DNA of 64,000 nucleotides, from NCBI GenBank assembly GCA_963713605.1, contig CAVQMO010000003.1, positions 192,001 to 256,000 of the forward strand, given 5' to 3'. Source of the stretch: an uncultured Nitrososphaerales archaeon (GTDB lineage Archaea; Thermoproteota; Nitrososphaeria; Nitrososphaerales; Nitrososphaeraceae). Made by a program: the position numbers and the translations under genes. Shown one piece after another: positions 57,344 to 64,000 of this stretch (position 1 is its first letter; each line of letters begins with the position of its first letter). The notes below the pieces were generated by a model that did not search any database, was not told the origin of the DNA, and saw nothing but the letters and a program-made list of their open reading frames with translations.

Positions 57344-57704
57344 TCAACTCTTGGCGTATTCTTTCAAACCAGTGAAATCGATTCCAACTACAGGTTCATT
57401 CCCGACAACCCAAGCATTGTGTCCAGGTGGAATCACGGCAGCATCTCCAGGACCAAATTCTTCTTCTGCACCGTCATCCATAACTACTTTGATTCTACCA
57501 GAAACTATGTACTGAGTATGTGGTGCCTGGCAACTGTCTGTCTTGACTAGGGGTTTGACGCATTTCTCCCAGCTCCACCCTGGTTCCAATACTGCGCGAC
57601 CAATCGTTACATCACCTAGATTTGCAGAGCTCAATCCTGCCATTCTCAAATTTTCGTACTTCATCAGGCGAAGAATCAAGATTCTTCTTTTGCATTTTTG
57701 TCAT
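57344..57704 (-). CDS. Cupin domain protein (frameshift near 57625)
   Basis: SPDEVRKFENG / LEPGWSWEKCVKP...CQAPH...IPPGHNAWVVG. Confidence 0.85.
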
Positions 57705-57851
57705 TGGATTTGAATTAATAGAATGTAATTATAAGCATTGTTCCATAAATTAACCAAATTGTGAAATTATCCAAACCTGAATCATGTATCAAGTTAAAAT
57801 CAGCTCAGAATAGCTAAACCATGGTACTTCCAGAAATCACAAGTCGCTACT

Positions 57852-58735
57852 TTATAGTCGACCGATCAAATTCATGAGTCGTGCGTACTCGTCATCCGCA
57901 CCTGTAACAGGTACTAATGAGGTCATTAGCTCGTCTAGACCTGTCCCTAAAAGTTCGCTCAGTCGCGCAGCAACTGTTGCTTCATTTCCAGAGACTACCA
58001 AATTATCTAGAAGAGCATCGGGTACCGTCTGATCGGATGTTAGCTGAAACCCTGCATTAGAGAACATGTTGGCATAGAATGGGATCTTGCCGTAGAAATC
58101 AAGATATTTATGTCCTGCAGACAGGACAGAAATCCGATCTTCACTTAGTGCTACAGGTACATGTGCAATCAATGGAGGAGCTGGACGGCCAGCCAGCAAC
58201 CGCCGATGAGCGCAAAGCTGGAATTCCTATGTGAAGCAGATACGGAACAGGACATACCCAAGCTAGGGCTCCATCGGCCATTTGTCCACTAATTGAAAAG
58301 CCATCTTTCCCAATGTTGAAATGAATACTGGTATCTGTGCCGTACGCGGAAATTTGACTTCAACATTATAAAATTGTCCATGATAGCTTACTTTTCCGTT
58401 CCAGAGCACAGTACGTAAGACTTCGAAGTACCTCCGCAGATGGACTAGTGGTTTAGTATGCCGTAGCCCGTACATATTTTCTATAATGAATGGATGGCTT
58501 GGGCAAATTCCGAGTCTCAATCGACCAGGTGCAAGATCATGTATAGCTAGCGCCTGCTGGGCCATAACCAGCGGATGACGTGGATAGGTTGGCACAATCG
58601 ATGTTCCGAGGTATATTGTAGATGTTTTTGCAGCTGCTGCTGCAAATGTAGTTAATGCATCTGGCAGATTAGGTGGCTGCAACATCCATATCTGCCGTAC
58701 TCCAGCATCTTCTGCCGCAACAATAGTTTTGACTG
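57852..58735 (-). pseudogene. LLM-class flavin/F420-dependent oxidoreductase, 5'-truncated and frameshifted
   Basis: AEDAGVRQIW, LGTSIVPTYPRHPLVMAQQA, GRLRLGI; start replaced by the polB-tail duplicate. Confidence 0.85.
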
Positions 58736-59250
58736 CAGATTCAAAGCATACTGATCCGTTACATAGAATAACTCCTGCTAAATTTATTTCTTCTGAGAAC
58801 TACAACAGAGAAAAATATCTCGATATGCTGCTAGATTCTGCTGAAGTCTATCGGTGTTTGGATTTAACCGATCGTTATTTGGGTTTGATAGAAAAAAAGC
58901 CAAAAATTGGTACGACGAGATTTATCATCAGCGTGAGAGGGATATTGAATCCGCCAAATCAGAATTATAAAGAATTGATCATAGGGGTGATGGATCATTA
59001 GTTTATTCCCAGATGAAGATGTTCTCACCCGAGAAATCGAAACATGGCGCAGCTTCATTGATAAACTTCCATCAGATGAAGATAAAGCCATTTTGACTTT
59101 AGCTGCTGAACGAATGTTACAGTTATTCAATTGCGGTAAATAATCATTCACAAACACATCCATTCCCATCAGAGTCTTTAATTATGTCTTTGTTACTGAC
59201 ACAACATAAACTCATCAACCATTTAAAATCAATAATACAGTCCAAGCAGA
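58735..59250 (+). pseudogene. Inverted, diverged duplicate of the polB2 3' end plus downstream small gene
   Basis: DSKHTDPLHRITPAKFISSENYNREKYLDMLLDSAEV and SLFPDEDVLTREIETWRSFIDKLPSDEDKAIL match about 36540-37060. Confidence 0.9.
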
Positions 59251-59405
59251 CAGATAATGAATTGAAGATGATTAAAGATATAACCATATCCATAGAGATG
59301 CGGAAAAATAAAATCTCTTAGACTTAGAGTTACCATATCAACTATTTTGAAGCAAAACTTATCTGGTTCTGTGTTCACTACATCGATGTTAGTGCTAATA
59401 ATCAA

Positions 59406-61295
59406 GTGATAAGTCATCGAATAATTCCAATAATCTTTTGCTTACTAGCATTTATTTCATATAATATACTAATAAACGATACTGAAGCGCAACTCGGCCA
59501 AAATATGTTAGAATCAATCGCAAATCAAACAAATGTGTTAACGAGTGCTCAGATTGAGGTCGGGGGGATGCCAATAGAGATTTACACATCTGTAGATGCC
59601 ACATACGTAGCGAACTTTCGTTCTAATACTGTGTCTGTGATCGATTCAGATACGAATACTGTGATAAAGAATATACATGTTAGAGATGGTCCGAGGTTTA
59701 TAGAGGCAATAGCAGGAGGAGGTGCGGTATATGTAGCAAACTTTCGTTCTAATACTGTGTCTGTGATCGATTCAGATACGAATACTGTGATAAAGAATAT
59801 AACTGTAGGAGATCGCCCGAGGTTTATTGAAGCATTAGCGGGAGGAGGTGCAGTATATGTAACAAATAGTGGTTCTGATAGCGTATCAGTAATTAATCCA
59901 GCTAATAATACTGTAATAAAGAATATAAAAGTAGGAGCTAGTCCAGGTTCTATTCATAGGTATGGAGATGCAGTATATGTAACAAATAGTGGTTCTGATA
60001 GTGTATCAGTAATTAATCTAGTTAACAATACTGTAATAAAGAATATAACTGTAGGAGCTTATCCAATTTCCATTACCACAACTATGAATGCTGTATACGT
60101 AGCAAACGGTGAATCCAATACTGTATCAGTAATCAATCCAGTTAATAACACTGTAATAAAGAATATAACTGTAGGAGCTAGTCCAGGTTCTATTTATGGA
60201 TTTGGAGATGCTGTATACGTAGCAAACGGTGAATCCAATACTGTATCAGTGATCAATCCAGTTAATAACACTGTAATAAAGAATATCAACGTAGGAGCCA
60301 ATCCAGGTTCTATTTATGGATTTGGAAATGCTGTATACGTAGCAAATAGTGATTCTAATACTGTATCAGTAATTAATCCAGTTAATAATACTGTAATAAA
60401 GAATATAAAAGTAGGAGCCAATCCAGGTTCTATTTATGGATTTGGAGATGCTGTATACGTAGCAAACGGTGATTCTAATAGCGTATCAGTAATTTATCCA
60501 GTTACTAATGAAGTTGTAGCTGGTGTAACATTTAATATTAATCCCTTTGAGGGGGGCCAGATAATTTGTAATGGTCTAGACGCACCGATAAATCGCTATT
60601 TATATGTTTCATCGGGGATAGAATGTATGGCAAAACCAAATAATGGTTATGAGTTCGCCAGTTGGGTTGAAACGTTTGATGGTAACTCGACTAGAACAAT
60701 TAATGCATCCACACCAGCCGATTCTCCATTGGCTGCACTTAGTGATGCATTTTCAAACGACCCAGCGGCCAGTCTTACTGTAAATAGATTTGGTAACTTC
60801 ACCGCGTACTTTAAATCACTTCCCCCACCGGTTCCGGCAGCATATTGGGCTTCTTTATTTACCGTTGTTGTTACTGCTCTGGTCGGCTCACTTATTATCC
60901 CTGCCGCTGTAGGATGGATAAAATCAAAGAAGCAGACTTCCAGATTAAATTCGTTTCATCAACAAATGGCTCTCGTTTATGGTGATGGTAAATTGGACGA
61001 GAATCATACTGATCAATTAAAGACATTAAACAAAAACATCTTAGATTCTTATGCCGCAGGTAAGATAAATAATGAGCAATACACACATCTAAAAAATGAA
61101 GTTTCTACAGCATATCAAGAAATCTTCAAGAAGAGAATTGAATCAATCACAGAACGAGATACAGACGCTCTTGGCAAGATAAAAAGAGATATAAAAGATG
61201 CTTATTCAACTGGAAAGATCATCGAATTACATTACAATCTTTTGAATGAGCAAATATCAGATCTGCTCGACAAAGGGACATCAAAATCAGAGTAA
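59406..61295 (+). CDS. YVTN/YncE-type beta-propeller surface protein with TM anchor and cytoplasmic helical tail
   Basis: Signal peptide, eight YV(A/T)N..S..VSVI repeats, TM helix, KI...(Q/H)Y..L repeats. Confidence 0.9.
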   Translation: MISHRIIPIIFCLLAFISYNILINDTEAQLGQNMLESIANQTNVLTSAQIEVGGMPIEIYTSVDATYVANFRSNTVSVIDSDTNTVIKNIHVRDGPRFIEAIAGGGAVYVANFRSNTVSVIDSDTNTVIKNITVGDRPRFIEALAGGGAVYVTNSGSDSVSVINPANNTVIKNIKVGASPGSIHRYGDAVYVTNSGSDSVSVINLVNNTVIKNITVGAYPISITTTMNAVYVANGESNTVSVINPVNNTVIKNITVGASPGSIYGFGDAVYVANGESNTVSVINPVNNTVIKNINVGANPGSIYGFGNAVYVANSDSNTVSVINPVNNTVIKNIKVGANPGSIYGFGDAVYVANGDSNSVSVIYPVTNEVVAGVTFNINPFEGGQIICNGLDAPINRYLYVSSGIECMAKPNNGYEFASWVETFDGNSTRTINASTPADSPLAALSDAFSNDPAASLTVNRFGNFTAYFKSLPPPVPAAYWASLFTVVVTALVGSLIIPAAVGWIKSKKQTSRLNSFHQQMALVYGDGKLDENHTDQLKTLNKNILDSYAAGKINNEQYTHLKNEVSTAYQEIFKKRIESITERDTDALGKIKRDIKDAYSTGKIIELHYNLLNEQISDLLDKGTSKSE

Positions 61296-62060
61296 CTCTG
61301 AGACTCCACACAGAGTTTCTGAAGCTTTTTCAATATTTTTTTACACCATATAGGCATATTAGATACCGAGTTGACCTAACGGCATATTAGATACCATTTG
61401 AAATGAGTGGGGCTGCAAAGATAGAATACCAGAACTGGGTAATTAGCCAACTAGAGGTTAATCCAAGATTCGACATTTACTACAGGTTCATCTATAAGAG
61501 AATTAAAGCGCATTTTGACAACCAAATTACTGACGTTGGCAGTCCAACTAGGGAAGCATAATGGACACTTTATCATCAGTCAAGACTGGTAATAATAACG
61601 AGTATCAAATGAGCGTAGAGCGGCCCAAGTAAGTGTCGATTTGGTAAAAGTGTTCAATACTCTTTTGTTAACATCAGCAATTTAGAATTGTCAGTTAAAA
61701 CAATGTGGACAGACTTAGAGTAACCAATTAGAGTAATAATGAACAACAACACGACTTCCCGTATTAAACCAATATTATGGCATTATAGGGCTAGTCGAAT
61801 TACTAATCAGGCTGGCAAGTTATTTCTCTTTCAATAAATTTATTCCTAGATTAATCTCCAACTAGATTGTTGATTATGACATCACGATCGTTCCAAATTT
61901 TCTTCTTAAATTTTGTATCTTCCAGCCGCTTCTTTGATGCAGCTTTAGTCATATCGAGATACTATCAATCTCGTGAATATAACAGCTTTCATAGTAATCA
62001 AATGTGCTAGTGTCATATTACCAATAGCTGTAGCCGTCGATCTCATCTATACCCTGACTG

Positions 62061-62330
62061 TTATGTTTTATACCACTCTTTATACTTACCAACGCCTGGA
62101 AAAGCACTAACATCATTGATTTGAAAAATCTCTCCCTCCGGCATTGGCATATTAATTTTCTTCATCACTGGCAGTAATCTATTGTTTATAAAATTGTTTA
62201 AATGCTCTTGTGATTCCCAGATATCGGCTACGCAAAAGTTGCCCGAGTCATCAAATGCGCCTGCATGAAATAATGCACCGTTTGGGTGCTGATGTTCCCA
62301 ATCTACTTCTTTTCTTAATTCTTCGTACAT
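62061..62330 (-). CDS. Small ABM-like hypothetical protein (5' end possibly lost)
   Basis: PNGALFHAG...VADIWESQEHLNNFINNRLLPVM. Confidence 0.65.
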   Translation of the reverse strand: MYEELRKEVDWEHQHPNGALFHAGAFDDSGNFCVADIWESQEHLNNFINNRLLPVMKKINMPMPEGEIFQINDVSAFPGVGKYKEWYKT

Positions 62331-62366
62331 TTCTTTTGTTACGGCATTAGTTTTTGGATCGTAACT

Positions 62367-63287
62367 TTGGCTCTTTTAGCCAGAGCATTTTTCTCTTGGT
62401 ATAGATTTTCTAATAAAAATGTCATGGTGTTAATACTTGCTCTATCTATGATTGCATATGTAGCCAAAGGAATTGCAGGTCTGGCCAATTATTTTGATAT
62501 GTTAACGCAACAGAAGCAAATAGTAACATCTACCGACGTAGCATATTTCCCGGAGTTTAGTATTGAATCAGTTGGAAGTCAGATTAACCTAGTATATCAA
62601 ATTGCTTCTACTATTGCATATATTCTCACATGGATTGCTACGGTCAAGATGCTATATCCGTATATCAAGAAATTGGGTAAGATCAAGTTCTGGATTATTA
62701 TGAGCGTGGCTATGGTTTATTATCTTATTAACTATCCACTCTTCGTCTTGGGTTACTTTAACCCATCAGAAGTAGATGCGATGACAAAAATTCTGATCTT
62801 TTCAATGGCCGGGATTTTGTCAGGAATCATATTTGGAGCAGCATTCTTGGCTGTGGCCAGAACGTTGCGAAAAGACAGTATTCTCAGAAATCATATGATA
62901 ATTGCGGCGTATGGTTTTCTTCTATTTTATATATCCGGATCTGCTTGGGCTGCACAGGCTGCATATCCACCATTTGCGATTGTTTCCGTCTCTCTTATTG
63001 GATTATCTTGCTATTTAATATATACTGGTCTTTACTCATCGGCTGTTACTGTTTCGCAAGATACTACATTGCGTCTGTCCATTAAAAAATCAATTACTGA
63101 ACAGGCAAATTTTTTGCATGGTATGGGGTCGGCTCATATGGAACAAGAACTACAATCAACAGTTATGAAGATCGCAAAGAAACATTCAGATGTGTTGACG
63201 GAGAAGACTGGAGTTGAATCTTCAATGACAGAAACTGACATCAAAGAGTACATGGCTATGGTGTTGAGTGAGATCCACAAGTCATGA
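62367..63287 (+). CDS. Multi-pass membrane protein, probably N-terminally truncated
   Basis: About six TM segments; YPPF, GLYSSAVTVSQD..LR and GSAHMEQE resemble an expanded Nitrososphaeraceae family. Confidence 0.75.
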   Translation: MALLARAFFSWYRFSNKNVMVLILALSMIAYVAKGIAGLANYFDMLTQQKQIVTSTDVAYFPEFSIESVGSQINLVYQIASTIAYILTWIATVKMLYPYIKKLGKIKFWIIMSVAMVYYLINYPLFVLGYFNPSEVDAMTKILIFSMAGILSGIIFGAAFLAVARTLRKDSILRNHMIIAAYGFLLFYISGSAWAAQAAYPPFAIVSVSLIGLSCYLIYTGLYSSAVTVSQDTTLRLSIKKSITEQANFLHGMGSAHMEQELQSTVMKIAKKHSDVLTEKTGVESSMTETDIKEYMAMVLSEIHKS

Positions 63288-63503
63288 CATAGATATCTTT
63301 GTCATTATAACTTACTACTATTCTCTACAAGTACGCTAGATCAAGACTAATCAAGAAAATGTCGAATAAACAACAGCTATTTATTGTCAGGCCTGGTATG
63401 GATGTTTGGCTATGCGCTAGTTCTAATAGAAAAGATATCAGATATAAGTGAGAGCCCGATATTGCTTAATGCAGATAAACGTAATTCTCGCTCTTGCTAC
63501 CAA

Positions 63504-63779
63504 ATGAATATCAAATATATCGCAATAGTCGCGGTAATAGCAGCAATACTAGTTGGAACAACAGCAATAACAACAGAGAACGCATTCGCAACCAAATATC
63601 ACAAAAATCAAGCAATCAGTCAAACCAATGCATGTGGCAATGGTGAATTACCATTGAATGTCGGATGTCAAAACATTGACTCGCAAATTCAGGGTGACGA
63701 AAACGTTGTATCATTAGCAGCAGACCAAGTATTTCCAGAAATAGAAGAAGAAGAAGAAGAAAAACCAGTACCGGGCTAA
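63504..63779 (+). CDS. Small secreted protein, NxCGNGELPLNVxCQN family copy 3
   Basis: MNIKYIAIVAVIAA start set by homology; core nearly identical to 34113-34373. Confidence 0.8.
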   Translation: MNIKYIAIVAVIAAILVGTTAITTENAFATKYHKNQAISQTNACGNGELPLNVGCQNIDSQIQGDENVVSLAADQVFPEIEEEEEEKPVPG

Positions 63780-63940
63780 CCAACTTATCTTTTTTTATCC
63801 GGTACGCAGTAATAGCGCATTAATTAGTAGAGTATACAGGAGCAATTTCATCATCAACATCTAACTGAAAAAATATCAGATATAAGTCAGAGCCCGAACT
63901 TGCTCAATGCAGATAAGCACATCTGTCGTTAAACTTCCGA

Positions 63941-64000
63941 ATGAATACTAAATACATGTTCATTGTAGCAGCAATTGCAGTCACTCTCATTGGTGCAACA
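63941..64000 (+). CDS. Probable fourth family member, cut by window edge
   Basis: MNTKYMFIVAAIAVTLIGAT; upstream region duplicated from copy 3. Confidence 0.65.
   Translation, partial: MNTKYMFIVAAIAVTLIGAT

Noticed and set aside
59600..60510. CRISPR array
   Set aside because: Repeats are in-frame 120-129 bp coding units without unique spacers.
61353..61395. 15-bp direct repeat ggcatattagatacc
   Set aside because: Only two copies 28 bp apart; a local micro-duplication with no element between.
1..64000. Many short antisense or overlapping ORFs in the track (e.g. 1643-1831, 16211-16540, 24595-24948, 32391-32777, 44093-44440)
   Set aside because: Shadows of better-supported genes on the opposite strand or frame.
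1..64000. tRNA and rRNA genes
   Set aside because: No cloverleaf or rRNA-like GC-rich segment recognised by eye; a tRNAscan-SE or Infernal run would be needed to exclude them formally.

Overview
AT-rich accessory region of an archaeal genome, most likely a soil Nitrososphaeraceae (Thaumarchaeota). This is inferred from gene families only; no rRNA, tRNA, CRISPR or amo genes were seen. The window holds many small secreted, zinc-finger and regulatory paralogs, recent duplications, mobile-element remnants (two tyrosine-integrase fragments and a D5/P4-type primase-helicase followed by iteron-like repeats) and many single-base frameshifts. The standout is a tightly packed minus-strand operon at 36.5-43.1 kb: RadA paralog with intact motifs, RPA-like OB-fold/Zn-finger protein, Walker-A-less RadA paralog, small PolB2-associated helical protein, PolB2-type polymerase, and a second small helical protein. 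After repairing two +1 frameshifts, the RPA-like protein (about 613 aa) appears to carry an Argonaute-like N-L1-PAZ(-L2) lobe inserted in its Zn-finger OB fold, with no MID/PIWI gene in the window. This is a candidate undescribed 3'-end-capture DNA repair or mutagenesis system. Domain calls are by-eye motif recognition and need profile or structure confirmation. The operon carries seven indels and one nonsense codon, so it is either decaying or mis-sequenced here.
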